Shown here piece after piece: positions 35,701 to 49,533 of a stretch of DNA of 64,000 nucleotides (position 1 is its first letter; every line of letters begins with the position of its first letter). Position numbers and translations under genes: made by a program. The stretch lies in the NCBI GenBank assembly GCA_964106915.2, contig OZ066923.1. One strand, 5' to 3'. The notes beneath the pieces are model-generated. The model saw only the letters and a list, made by a program, of their open reading frames with translations, was not told where the DNA came from and searched no databases. The DNA comes from Podarcis gaigeae. Lineage: Eukaryota.

Positions 35701-38128
35701 TTTTATGAAGGTGCATATGTGTTGCCTGTGTGTATGTGTACATATAAAGACTACATGCCTGCAGTTGTGAATCAATCTCACTTGCAAGATTAATTGGAGT
35801 GCAATGCTTCCTGCTTTCCGAAAAGTGATAACAAATTCAGGCTGAAGCCTTCATGAACCCACAATGTACATAGTACAATTTAAACAGCATTACTCAGGTT
35901 AAGGTCTCTCTGTTTTAGAGATACAGGGCCTGTTCACATGCTACTTTTTCCCAAGAATATAGCAGAAATGTGTAACAGGAGTTATGCACACTAGCCTTCT
36001 TCCCTGCATACTTTACTACATGCAGAACATAATGCTTTAACTAGGCAACAACATGCTTATTTGTATGTAGACGCTCCCTGATCCTTTTGTATTGATGCAA
36101 GTTTGTCTCAAAGTTGCTGGGAGAAAGCAGGGAGGGCAGCAGGCTGTTAGTCAAAACGCAGAAAAAACCAGGACCTAAGTATTATGGTAACGCAAAACAA
36201 TTTTCCAAGACCTTATGTAAGGCAGGCAGGCAATTGTCCAAGCTGTGTTTTCGTTACAGAAATTTAAAAAACAGAACCTGATCAGGCAGGAATTTTATTT
36301 GTAAGCTGAATATACCCCTTTAGCACCATTACATTAACACTGCACTCTGTGGGGGTTTAGTGGGAACGTAATAAATGTTTGGTTTGTTGATCTATTATTT
36401 TGCCGAAAGTGCAAATGAACTTAATAATTAAGTTCTCACAGGAGCTCAAGTAAATTATGAATCATAAATCAATTACAGATCTTTCTAAAAGAAAGAATTC
36501 TCTTTAGAGAATGGGAGGCGTCGATACGAACCTTGATGATCTCACATAAATGCTTGCTGCGTTTCACAGACCGTCCATGGTTAATGTTAAACACACTGTT
36601 TGCTGACAAGGGAGTAGACTACCCTCTACTGGCCAGCAGTTATTTTACAAATAGGGTCTCCTACTAATCTTTGGAAAAGAATAAGCCAAATAAGTTAACA
36701 ACAGTGAAACCCTGCAAGAAGGCTAAGTTTACACAATGAAAGACATGGAATTCCAGAAGATTCTGATTTGTAGAAAGAAGAGGAGGGTTTGGTAAACAGA
36801 AACTCAGCAACAGGATAGATTTGTTGAAGTATTTGTGTGGTCAATAGTGTGTTGCTCCAGAAGCTTCCTCGAGACACTAACTGTGTAATTACCTCACTTG
36901 GCAATGACCTAGCATAATCTGTTAAAACTGACTTTAGGGATAAGTGTTTCCAGAGGATAGCCATGTTAATCAGTTGCACAGGAGCATTGTTAGGTACTTC
37001 AAAGACTTGGGGCACAGGCTTATGACACAAATTTGCAGTGTATGTACATGCAAATATAGGCTCACATTCCAAGGTGGGGAAAGCAAAGTTTACCTGTCAG
37101 GGCTTATTCTGAGCTATGGGCTGCTTATATACATATTAAAATTAAAACAAGAGCCTCTGGGAAAATTAAGGTGGTGGTTGGCTGTGGTCTCCTGGGCATT
37201 GCACTTTGGAAGACTCCGGGCATCTTGTGGGATTCGGGTCTCTGGGACTCTCCCTAATTACACTCCTGATGTTGTAGTAAAAACAAAATGAGTCTTGTTT
37301 CATAAAGCATAGTGACCATTCACAAGAGCAGAAATTGGTGGTCACATATCCTGCATTAATTAACTGTGTCAAGATTTAGTCAAGTCCAGATGGAGAAAAT
37401 TATTTTGTTGCCTTACACCAAAAAAAGTTATCAAAGCAAGCTACAACAATAAAATCCATACAACTAAAATCCATAACAAATACAGTATTTAAAATCTGTA
37501 ACAGACTAAATGTTATTATCCACAATAATTAATAAGCAAAAATACATTTTCTTCACATAAAATTAACTGATTAAGTTCTCATTCAGCACTTTCCTGCTGG
37601 AGCCTCTCTTTGAAGTTCATTTGTTGAACATACACCTTTTTCAACAGGATGGAACCTCATATATCCAACAAAGTAGGCTCTTGCCACAAACACCTACACC
37701 ATGATAAAACTGTTCATCTTTTAATGTATCACAATACTCTTTGTTGATTCGGGCTGCAATTCTATGTCCACTTACCTTGAAGTAAGCCCACTGAAATTAC
37801 TGGGACTTGCTTCACAACAGACATGTATAGCGTTATACGTTTGACCTCTTTACAGATGTGCTGTGTTGACTTGAGTAGCAAAACACTTTCACAAGACATG
37901 GCATTTCAAATTAGCTTTCCAATGCAATGCTAATATCTCATTTTCTAGGTAGTTACCTGTTTAGACCTCATCAGTTTAATGCAAAATTTGGAATATATAT
38001 TCCAGCGATCATTACTCTGCACTTATGCCAAATCACATACTTTGCCTCATCTCCCTAGTTTGGATTAATCATTTTGTGGCTCCCCACTGTGAAGTCTACA
38101 ACCTCTGTATTAGGATAAAGATTTAGGA

Positions 38129-38263
38129 CAGGCTTCCTCAAACATGGCCCTCTAGATGTTTTGAGACTACAATTCTCATCATCCCTGACCACTGGTCCTG
38201 CTAGCTAGGGATCAGGGGAGTCGTAGGCCAAAAACATCTGGAGGGATGAGTTTGAGGAAGCCT
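38129..38263. mobile_element. hAT (URR1-like) MITE
   Basis: TIRs caggcttcctcaaac/gtttgaggaagcctg, perfect 8-bp TSD atttagga, internal palindrome. Confidence 0.92.
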
Positions 38264-38790
38264 GATTTAGGATGAGGGTGGTGGAACATTTCCTTTCCTT
38301 TGGAAAATACCTGGCACGGTGCATTGTTAGTTATATCTGCCTCTCCAAGAGAAATAATCTACAATATTTACAATTCTTAAAATTCCAAAAAGACTTGATT
38401 CAGACTCAGCAAAACCCATCGCTTCAGAGCACATTTTGTAGTTAGATGAACCACCTCATACTGTTCCGAAATGCAGCTGTCTCTAGACTAGAATGGCTGT
38501 TTGGCAGCAGCTCAAAGCAGCATCAGAAGAGCAGTAAAAGAAGCGCACGTTGTTCCTGTTCATTTGCTCCCTCTTCAGCAGCAGCCACCCTGTTTTTAAA
38601 AAGAGACTGCACAGCGGACATATTAAGAACATTTTGTTTCGCCCTCCTCACATATCCGGAGGATGAAGTCTTTTTGGCAAACAAAAAACTTGCATTGCGT
38701 AACAGGGCTACTTCTAAGGTTGACAAACAAAAAAGGAGCAAGTGGATGGAACACAGGAAGATAAGCATATGGCCTTTTTGTTTAACCAAC

Positions 38791-38877
38791 CTTTTGCTGG
38801 CGAGAATTGCTGGGGAGCATGAGGATCAGAAGAAAGCTCCATGGTAAACTGTAGCTGTTCTTCATTGTCTGTAGAAG
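38791..38877 (-). CDS. C2CD5: C2CD5 exon (ASTDNEEQLQFTMELSSDPHAPQQFSPAK)
   Basis: AG/GT boundaries, 87 nt, phase 1-1. Confidence 0.9.
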
Positions 38878-39832
38878 CTGGCAACAAAAACAAAAACAGA
38901 AGAAGAAAGGCACAAAAACCTTAATTTATTTCTCCTTTACAAAATCCACATATACCTACCTACACAAACAAAACAAAAAAACCCCCACAGACTTGGTTGT
39001 ATCCAATGAAATTGCCCCTTTAGTTCAAGGACTTCTGCCTGCACAATGGGACTTCCTCTTCCTCTCTTCTGCTCCCCCAATCTATTCTGGATTTACCCTG
39101 GGGAGAAAAAAAGATGACCTGCTGCACAGTCAGAAGTCATTGTGCTAACAGGACAACTTCGTTAGCAATCCACTGTAGTGGAAAGCAAAGAGATGTTCAC
39201 TAATAACTACAGTTCACTTAACTGATTAAGTAGTACCAGCAGCTTCTTTCTAAATATGCCCTGAAGACCTGTGCCCCTCTGGAAAAATCACTGGTTAAAT
39301 TGAGATATCACGCCTTAAGGTTAGCCACAGGTATTGCTTCAGTTGATGTTAATTCTATTCCCCAGAGGCATGAACGCAGGGCACTTTAATGCAGTTTACT
39401 CTCAGACTCACACCCTGTAAGTCACTGCACACACTACAATTAAATTAACCAATCTTAATCAAGGCATGGGATTAAATACATTAGAGTTTCAATCCACCCC
39501 CAGCATCTGCATGCATCATCACCATCCCAGTGTGTGTGTGAGCAGCATAAATGTATGATTATTTCACTTGCTTGTGAAATATGCCACAGCTTGCAAGAAG
39601 TGGTTAAAAGCAAACCTGAGAATGATAAAAGCTGCTTGACCGTAATGATTTTAAAGATGAAATATGTTGCAGCAACATTAGGAAAGGGTGTCTAGGTTGC
39701 AGTGCTGCGCCTAATGACACCCACTTAGGCCCAATTAAATGAATGGACATCCTGAGATGGCTGTGACAATGAACAATTATAGCACACATAACAGGCAAGA
39801 GATGACAGTTTCAAGTTCCTCAATGTGTTTAC

Positions 39833-39920
39833 CTCTTTGTAATGTTTTTTCTGCAGGAGTTTTAGCTGCTTGCAAAGCTTGGTGTTTGTCAAATGTTATT
39901 GCAACTGCTGTAACAGTGAC
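39833..39920 (-). CDS. C2CD5: C2CD5 exon (VTVTAVAITFDKHQALQAAKTPAEKTLQR)
   Basis: AG/GT boundaries, 88 nt, phase 0-1. Confidence 0.95.
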
Positions 39921-42054
39921 CTGCAATTGTAAATATAATGTTGTCAGGTTTTTATTCCTTAGACTTTATTTCAAAGTTTTAAATTAACCCCATCTACACT
40001 TTGGGGAGATATACAGACACACATTGTGCAAACCTTCACACTTTGCTTTTTAACTTAACCATGGCATTTTTCTTAGCTGGTGGTTAATGGAAATCTTCAC
40101 TTGCTGATCTCAGCAGATGGCATGCTCAAGGGTGAAGGAGCCAACTGGGCTTGAAGAGGTGTTGGGAAGTGCACCTCCACTGGCCCTCACTGGGTGCCAG
40201 TCCAAGCTTAATTGACCGCCTGGGGGACAGAGACTTGCCATGAACCAGAACTTTGCATCTGTGGACCACACCAAGTATTTAAATACTGGACATGCCACAC
40301 AGAGACACATTAGTGTTGGAGGTGACTTCCCTGCTCACCTTCCCTCTGTCACATACTCTTGCTATGGGCATCAGCTGTCACTAGTTACCCTCCACATGTT
40401 TAGCTGTTTGAGGGGGATTTTTTTGCCTTCCTCATCAGTCAGGATGTTTTCTGGCATTTTATTTCCAGAACATCTGTTGGTGAGTGAAGGGCACTCAGAA
40501 GGAACATCAGTCATGCGGGGGGAGAGGGCTAAGGAATATTGGGGGCACCAATTAGGCCTTGGCCCCAGCTTAGGGGCAGGGTTGCCCGTCACCCATCCAG
40601 GTTCTCGGATGAGGCCTTCCTGAAAACTGCCCACATCAGGGTGAACCCCTGATGCCAGGGGACTCCTACGCGCATTCCACAGCTGGTGGGGTGGAGAGAG
40701 AAATACCGGGCAGCAGGCAAGCTGTCCAATTAGGTGAGGATTTGCCCTGTGCCTTGCCAATCCTGGACTCTCATTTCGGGTGCAGTGGGTGCAAGACAGG
40801 TTTGAAAGCAAAACTTTTACAGAACATCATAACCTAATCACTATGGATTGGATCCAACCTAAGGTTGCAATTGATCTCGCCTTCTTTTTAGGGCTCATGT
40901 GCACTGGACAGAGGTTTCCTCTACCAAGCCCTGCTAGTTTCCACTGATGGAGTGATGCCAGTGTTACTCCACTGACAGGGAACTCTCTGTTCTGCCTGAG
41001 AAACATGCAAGTGGGCAGAAGTGCCACAGGCTGGATTGCCAGCAGCCTGCAGAAAGCCCCCAAATGGGGGAGGGGCTGTGCTAGATCCAAAACTAGCGCC
41101 ATGGGACAGCATTGGGTCTGATCACTGGACTAGCCCATTGTCTCCCACCCCCAAAATCAACAGAACCTGATGGCAGGTGTGACTGTAATAGTCTGAATCC
41201 AACTCAATGATCTTTCAATACAAACTACTCCATTGAATGAGCCTATTTTGATAACTTGTAATTAGAAATAAAGATGTCTGGGACTGTGTAAAGGAAAAAT
41301 GGTAGGCAACTATCCAGAGCAATGGTACTTTGTATGGCTGATTTGAGATTTTATAAAACTCTGCCTTCCTTGCAAGGTGGCCCAGGGCAGCAAACCACAA
41401 AACAGCACATTTAAAAAAACAAAAAACAATTACAAGCATTACAACCATCTGAAAAACCTTTTAAAATAGCAAAACAGTTTGTATGCAACAGTGTAATCTT
41501 AGTAAGGTTTTGTTTCTGTCAGCATTCCTCACAACAACTTTGAAAGAAAGAAATTTAATTAAACATGATTTCACCATACTCTGGGGCATGCAAATAACTG
41601 CAAAGGTTAGAATGCAGTCAAACCTCTCATTTAAATACAGCAATTGCTAAAATAGGCTCACAGCATGGCCACACATATTTTAAAAGGAAATGGCAACGAG
41701 CACTGCAATTACATGGAACCACATGAACATTTCTGTGGAGACACATTTAAATTATCAAAGTTATATACAATGTCCAGGGCCTTGCCGAAAACAGCCACAT
41801 TCTTGAGAATGTGTGTCCTACAGCAACTGAGCAAAAGGAGCATTACAACTGTCATTCTCCAAAGTATCTTCATAAACTTTGTTTGCTAAGCAGGCCAAGC
41901 TTTTAAACTTAAAAATTGTAAAACTAAATGGTTGGGAAGGAGCTTTCAGCATCACCTGTGTCTGACCTGACCAGCTTTACTTTTTCAAAGTCTGCTCCTG
42001 TCACAGATTAATGTGAAGAGCTTCAAATACAAAAAGGTGAATGGACTGGCTTAC

Positions 42055-42144
42055 CTGAATTAATTCATCCTCTGGAAGAGCAACTGTAAAATTTACATGG
42101 CACAGACAGCAAGGAATCATAGATCGAAGTTTAAAATACAGGCT
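42055..42144 (-). CDS. C2CD5: C2CD5 exon (SLYFKLRSMIPCCLCHVNFTVALPEDELIQ)
   Basis: AG/GT boundaries, 90 nt. Confidence 0.95.
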
Positions 42145-43020
42145 CTGTTGAACACAAGAAATTAGTATATATTATGTATCTAGTATGCTCTGAATTGGTG
42201 GAAGTCTGGGTTTCATTTCTTTGTAGCCCAACTCTAATTCCCTGCTTCAGCTACATCAGTGTGAGCAGATGCTGCCATCTACCTTTAAAGTGTGCATGAA
42301 TCATTTTGAGTATGCTGTTTCTGGCATACTTGGACCCTTGCCTGTAGTGGTTTGCAAAAGATATGTTGGAAAGATTCATACATTTGGAGATATATATTGC
42401 AAATGTGTATGTGGGGGGGGGGAAGAGACTCAGTTTCTTACAGTGGCATTAAAATGGCATTTAAGAATCATCTGATGACTTTGCTAATTACTGTATAGTT
42501 GCCAACCTTTGTCACTCCATGCTGAATGTGTGGCTTTTGGTCAAACTCCAGAAATGCCCATGCAAGAAATCTTCCATCTTTGGCACAGGTGTTGTGCTGC
42601 TACTGGATTTGTATGTTGTCAGTGGTTTTCAGGAATAGAGTTTCGGTGAAAAGCACCCTTGATGTTTTAAAGTAGATAGCTAATGAATCACATACACTGA
42701 TACTTACTCTGGTGTCTTAACAAGAAAATAGATGTAGACTTGCATTATCTTATGTGCCATTTAACATTTGTATATGATTTCCTGAGACCTAAAGTTGGAA
42801 TGGACCAGGTAGTCATCTAGTACAACCGTTTGCTACGAGGCTGTGCCCACCCGCTCGCCAGCATTGTCCCATTCAGTATTAGCTTATGCAATCCACTCCA
42901 CAGTTTGCCACAAGCAGAAAAGTAGGCACTGAGAAGTGACAGAAAAGTAATTCTACGTACCATTGGCAAAAAAACTTAATAGTTCAAACACATCCATAGT
43001 TCCAGCAGCCATTCATTTAC

Positions 43021-43119
43021 CTTGAGCAGATTCTCACAGAGATCATTAAAGGTCTTGTTGAGTGTTTGGTTTGTTAGGGTAACATTATTAAGTCTGGAGA
43101 CTCTCACTGATGTGAACAT
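43021..43119 (-). CDS. C2CD5: C2CD5 exon (MFTSVRVSRLNNVTLTNQTLNKTFNDLCENLLK)
   Basis: AG/GT boundaries, 99 nt. Confidence 0.95.
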
Positions 43120-43213
43120 CTAAAGCAGAAACAACAAATTAAATGAGTTGCTGTTTAAATATAATTTTATTACAGACCATATAAGTAATTAAGGTTGAGA
43201 GAGGTGATGAAGT

Positions 43214-43250
43214 TTGTTGTTGTTGTTGCTGTTGTTGTTGTTGTTGTTGT
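43214..43250. repeat. (GTT)n microsatellite
   Basis: ~12 units. Confidence 0.9.
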
Positions 43251-43559
43251 AATAAATCCAGGATGACTTAACACAGATAGAACTTGTCTGTTCCATTTTA
43301 CAGTACAACTAAGAGCCATGAACCTGTGTTGGTATGTGCAAGTAAATTCTATATGTGCTATGTATTTATATAAAGGAGGGGCATGGGTTTGTACCAGAGA
43401 AGGGAAAGATTAGGAACATAGTTTAGAGTTTAACTTTTAGGTTTGGTTTCAAATATCTGTGAGCTGAAGGTTCAGGGGGGTAGTGGAGAAACCCACTAGC
43501 ATTTTTCCACAAAAACTTCACATGGTGCTACGACAAAACTCAATCTTGATGAGCACTTC

Positions 43560-44340
43560 CGTGGAGTAATAGTTCATTTGCTTGATGGTGTTAAAACTGT
43601 TCTTGATGGGATTACACTCATACCCACACCAGGTTCACAGCTTGAGGACACTCCTAGGTCTGTCACAACAGACTCACGTTACATCAGTGGCACATAATAT
43701 GTTTCACCAGCTTAGGCTGGTGTAGTAACTGGGACCTCTTCTAGATAGCCAGTCATCCATGCTCTGGTAATGCTCCAATTAGACTACCGTAATCTGGTAG
43801 ATGAGGGTGGTGACATGTTACACTTGAACACAGCTCAGAAACTGAAAGCTGCACAGAACATAGCTGGTAGGGCACTAACTGAGACTGGTCATCGGGAACA
43901 AAACCTCAGTAATATTGAATATTGGCGCCTGGTGCATTTCAGAGTGCAATTCAAATTGCTAGCACTTAGCTATAATGCCCTATACTGTTTGGGACCCAGG
44001 TAAATGGAACAGTAATTACTCCCATAGCAACTTGGCTGTGTATTAAAATAATCTTATCAGCGCTCTCGTTTGAATAACTCCACCTGAGGTGAAGTGGCTA
44101 GCAACCAAGGAGAAGAAGGCACATTTAGATGTGGTGCCTGGAAGGCTTGCAGGGCATGCAAACTATTTTATTTGGGGCACCAAATACTTTTCCTCCTCAA
44201 ATTTTAAAAACAGTATTTCCTGCTTTGTGTGGCCTTTTCCCCACTGCAATTTATGTTTGGATCTTATGTTGTATTATTATTATTATTATTATCATATTTG
44301 TAAAGTGCCCTGTAAACCTTTGCAGAAGAGAGATATTCAG
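43560..44340 (+). mobile_element. Old degenerate L2 LINE 3' fragment
   Basis: Translation LDYRN..LKAAQNIAGRAL..WRLVHFRVQFKLLALSYNALYCLGP resembles the L2 RT C-terminus. Confidence 0.7.
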
Positions 44341-44788
44341 GTCCATTCATTCATTTGTTAAGGTGGGTTTCATAGCAGTTCTTATGCTTCATCTTGAGCA
44401 CAGTTTGCAGAAGCCAAACAATCTCTTTAGCCATCCCCAACCTGTTGCCTTCCAGTTGTTGGTGATGGCTGGTAAGAGTTGTAGTCCAAAACATCTGGAG
44501 GGCAGCAGGATGAGGAAGGGGACTCTAGTGGAAGGTGTAAAAATGGTCCTTCTCTGAGTGGAAGGGCACCTTTAGATACAATCCATCGTGCCACCACTGG
44601 GCCCTAATTTTTTATAAAGAACTGATGGTATGGGGGATCTTGCTCCTATAATTTTTTTACATGGATAATTATTCTTATGAATGCTAAACACTGTGTTAGA
44701 CACAAATCATTATTTAGGTCTGAGATTATACATTTCACTATGAAAGAAAAGGCATTTAATTTTTGTTTTTGCATGCTTTTTTCTTTAC

Positions 44789-44850
44789 CTGTATATCAGA
44801 AGTCCAGTTATTTATACCAGGCATAATTTCTGTGTTGCAGCTATAAAATC
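44789..44850 (-). CDS. C2CD5: C2CD5 exon (GFYSCNTEIMPGINNWTSDIQ)
   Basis: AG/GT boundaries, 62 nt, phase 1-0. Confidence 0.95.
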
Positions 44851-45077
44851 CTGCCAAATCACATAAAAGTTATTGTTTTTAATAGCAGAGAACATTAATA
44901 GCAGAGAACATTATTATGGTGCTGTGTAACATGATCAGCTTTCAAGTTTTGTGTATTTTCACAGCTAGATTTTCAACTAGCTTAATATATCAGAAAACAC
45001 AATCCAGAAATATTCTGCACAAATATGTGTGCTAATCCTTAGAAAAAGTAAGAGTACAGAAAGTTTTTAAAATGCAA

Positions 45078-45645
45078 TGTCAAGGCTGGTTCAACTGCAG
45101 GTCAGTATGGAGACTCAGAGCTGAACTGTAAAATTGATTCTTTATTCAAGGAAACAGAATACAAACAAGAAAATCCTACGCGAGACTGGCCCCACTGAAG
45201 AATTTGCCAGAACTGATGATCTGATCACTTCCCCCTAAGTCTCCTCCCCATCCAGCCGTTTTCCCTGCAGTCTTAAACTCTGCTGGGGAGGGGGCCGCTA
45301 CAACCTCTGGGCTTGTCATTCTGCTACATGCAAAATTCTCCAAGCGCTTGGAGACAATGGGGGAGGGGAGCTGCATACAGTAGGACCAGCAGGCTCCTGT
45401 GAATCTTTTGCAGCCTCAGCTCCCACCTCCTACTGCCATTTTCTGCCTCTTCTTCCTCTCTCTCACTCAAGCCTGTTGCTTGTTCAGCATTCAACCATTC
45501 TGCCTCCACCCCTTCATCCTCTGACCTGTCTTCCGTGTGCCACCAACATTCCCTGGGTTTGGAGTCTTCCTCTTCTGTGGCTTCACTAGAGGGTTTTCCA
45601 GCTGCAGCCTCCCACCATTTCTAATTGCCCAGCCAGTGCCTGACA
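45078..45645. mobile_element. Possible degenerate solo LTR
   Basis: TGTCA(A)GGC ... GCCTGACA termini; TSD not preserved. Confidence 0.4.
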
Positions 45646-48600
45646 CCCCACTTGTGAAAGTGGCCAGGATTACGTATTTTAGGCAACCATGCAGGAAAAC
45701 AGTAAAAATATGAGATGAGCCCGAGATCCCCGACTGGAGAAAGGCCATGATTCAGTGGCACAAGATTTGCTTTTCAAGCAGAAACTTCCATGATCAATCC
45801 CCAGCATCTCCAGGTAGGGCTATGGAGAACTCCTGCTGCCAGTCAGTGTCAACCATACTGAGCTAGATGGACCAATGGTCAAACGCAATATAAGGTGGTT
45901 CCTTTGAAAGTACTTGCAGTCAGATTAAAAAAAACAACAACTGCAAAATCCAATCAGTTGTTCAGTCTAGGTGACTGAAGATAGATTGAATAAGAAGAGA
46001 TTTTTTTTGATATTTTTCAACCTTCTAGTTCTCATAATTGTAGAGAAAATCAACAAAATACACTTTGTAAAGTGTTTGTGAGAAATAAATCCCACTAGCA
46101 CTCTATAGTGGCTGAGAAATTCCACCAGGGGGCACTCCTAGAGCCACAAATCCTCTTAAATCCATTATGGAATGCAGCAAAATAAATAGATCTATTCTAG
46201 CCTGTATATGAGAAACTGACTACCAAAAAATACCGGAATGGTTTAAAGGAAGAAAGACGATACTGGAGGGAGGACTACAAAATGATGTATAAAGTGTCAA
46301 GTGGCTAGTAGATTGTGGACAAGTTGGAAGTTGAGAAATGAAAACAAATGGACACTAAAATATAACAATTATTATGGATGTTGTTGGTAGACTCACTAGC
46401 CCATGAAGTGTGATTGTGCATAATTTATTACTTATAGAATTTGTATTGAATATTTTGACATGACAGTCCTCAAAGCGGTTAATAAACAGCCAATATAAAA
46501 CTAAGTAACTAAAAGATAATATAAAGGCAATATCCAAAAGGTTTTCCACATATTTTGCATTTGTCTCTGCTATTCTCAAGGGCTGTGAAGTGGTGGGAAG
46601 GACAGAATCTTGCTATTATACAGTTGTGATGCACTGCAGAAAATCATGAAACTGATAAGTTAATGGAAGAACACAGCATTTCAGCACGCTGAGCGCCCCA
46701 CCCACTGTACCCTTTTTAGTTGTTTGACTTTGAAACCTTTTCTGTTTACTGACCTAAAAGACAGTTCACGGACAGCAGTTTATTCAAGTACAAGTTAGCG
46801 GCATCTGTTATTGGACCTGCAGGGCCTCAAACAGTGCAAAGTACAAGTGTGTTTTCAAATTCTGGAGGTTAAGCAGTTTCAAGAGATAAGAGAGTGGGGT
46901 GGGGGAATGACCATGACTGTGGAAGAACGTCAGAAAAGCCCAAATGGATCGAATCAAATATCCATCAACGGTAGGAAGTATCCTGTTACCAACATCAGTC
47001 AATCAAATGCCTCTGGGAAGCCCACAAAAGCAAAACAACAGCCTCCCATTGTTGCTCCCCGCCAACTAGTACTGAAACCCTAGCTTGGTGAGCTATCTCA
47101 TACTGTCTATACACAACCACTGGGCAGAGATGAGAATGGGGTAATCTATATTGGCTCCTAGGATTGGCAAGCAGCATGGATCCCTTAGACAGGCCAAGTA
47201 GAAAATACTATTCCGCTGACCAGGCCAAGAGGAGGAAAGCAACATCACAGTAATATTAAATAACAGGAGCCTGGGCTTCTAGTTTTGTCAGCCAGGCTTC
47301 TGCATTCTAAACCTCAGGGTCAAACTCAGGCACCCCCAGTTCCAGCAACAGAACAAAGGACCCTCCACTGGAGAAAGCACAGTCCAGCTCTGGGTGCAAG
47401 TATGGCTGTCCCAATCTCAGGCTAGTCAGCACGGTTTGTAGTGGTATGCAAGACGACTCTATGATTTACTGTAGGCCATATCCACACACACTGACTTCTT
47501 GTAACCAAGACCACCCCCAAAATATAGCATTTTTAAATAAAAAGAATTGGTCCTCCATGCAAAAAGGTTTTTTATTACCTGCAAAACATGTCCATTCCCC
47601 TGTGCTTCATTTTTTACTGACTGCTCCCATGGATCCCTTTTTGTGACACTATAATGCCAAAGGGTTTTTGTGAGCCCCTGAAAGACTGCCTCAGAATTTG
47701 TCCTTTTAAACAAATGCAATTTTATGAGCTATTATGAATGATTTAAAATAGTGTAAAACAGCTGCTGGGAATGCTTTTTGGAAAGCAAGCCTTGAGAACT
47801 GCAGCTATTACCACAGCCACTTTTACATGCAGCCCCAGAGTTCACCAGGGGTCAGCGTGGCCCTCGGCCTGAAAAGGATTAGCCACCCGTGAACAAGAAT
47901 ATATACAATTTCTATGAACACAACAGATTTATTAACCAACTGCTCAACAATAATAGGATGGATTCTTAACCAGCAGAACCTTGAATCAATGCTAGGATCC
48001 CCTTAATCTGAGCATGTTTAATCACCCTTCAGCAGGTAATATGAAGGTTTCTAATTTGTGGTGCCAGCACAAAAAAAGGAAAGTCATCTCTTTTTTATTT
48101 TATAAATCCTAAAAAGTTGGAAGGCGAGTAAAGTGAGCTAATCCAGGGACCAATCACATAAAGACCTACACTGAAAAGATTGGTCACATTAGTAGCATTT
48201 GGAGAACAGACCTTCAGGGTCACGCTGCAAAGCATGTCAGAAAAGAGTCAACCCTCAACTTGTTCTAATCTGATTCTGTGGACATGGGAACCTCATCAGG
48301 GCACAGCCATTATAAGCAACCCGATACTGAAGCAACAAACACCCACACAACGGCTACTGAAATGCACACAGCTTATTGGTAGATTGTATTGCAGCACCGA
48401 CCAATCCTTCAACAACTTAGTCGAAAACACACTCATAGAGCCAGGCAGGACTCAAGCACTTCTTTGAGGATTGTGCAAGTTTGGGCTTTCAGCCTTTATC
48501 TCAGCCTGTGCCAGAAGAGATAGCATTAGAGAGATACTGTAAATGAATCCACCCTGTTTTAGACAAATATTTAACAAGTATCCAAGGTTATCAATCCTGT

Positions 48601-48914
48601 GGAGTTAGATGAGGAAAATAGGCTTAAAACCAATATTGAATTAATTCAGAGCATCAAACTAGCATTCTGAGTTAGGAGATGCAAAAACCAGGATGGAGAA
48701 GCACCAGAATGGAATCTGGTTTTCAGTCTGTGGGTTGACAGTATATATATGAATGCAGCCATCATCTCTCAACCTCAGAAACTTCTCTAATATGGGGGGT
48801 AATAATTCTGATCTACATTATAAATTCACTGTAAATCTTACTGAGATAATATCCTCTTCAGAGGGTATTATATTATTGATCTAAAGTCCAGGCTAACAAA
48901 AGTGATTCAGATAT

Positions 48915-49326
48915 TGTGATGGTTATGGGTGGGTTACTCGTGTGTAAACTGCCTCCACTTCAGTTAGATCGTTTGCTCAACCATGTTTAGGGTTAGAGCT
49001 CGCCCTCCGTGACCTGTTAGTCACTTGCAGAATCCGTCAGTGGGCGTTTCTTGAATCTCTTCCAGCATAAAAGCTGTTCGACCCCAAGTCTCCGCCTGTG
49101 TTCCCTGCGCGGAACGCGTCTGCGCAGGTAAGGGGACGGCAAGGGCGTGCCAGCGCTCTCTCCGCTGGTCTCGGTTGAAGGGTCTCGGAGCCCTGACACC
49201 GATTCCTCCATCTCCCTCTCCTCTCTATTGGTGTCACACTGAATTCCTTCCCCCCGACTGGTTCCCTCTCCGGCATCGCTCTGGAGCCCTGCCTCCGCTT
49301 TTCTCTCTGATGTCAGTTCCCTGACA
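48915..49326. mobile_element. Solo LTR (412 bp)
   Basis: TG...CA termini with perfect 5-bp TSD GATAT (48910-48914, 49327-49331); CpG-rich. Confidence 0.8.
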
Positions 49327-49533
49327 GATATATAGCATTAAATGTCTCACACAGTTTCAGTTCACGTTATGCAAGTAACAGTTCAATCCAAAAGTAAAGG
49401 TTCCCCACCTTTGGATGGAACATGTCCAATATACCCGATTACATGGTTCTTCATCAAATGAAGAGAATCGGCAGTTTATTGTCGGAGAGAATTGCCTAAA
49501 GTCAACAAAATTAGAAACCAGTGTTTACCATAC

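Noticed and set aside
36532-36613. C/D-box snoRNA-like pattern (TGATGA ... CTGA with ccttg/caagg)
   Set aside because: Antisense to the host gene, the terminal stem overlaps the C box, and no rRNA guide or internal boxes were recognised
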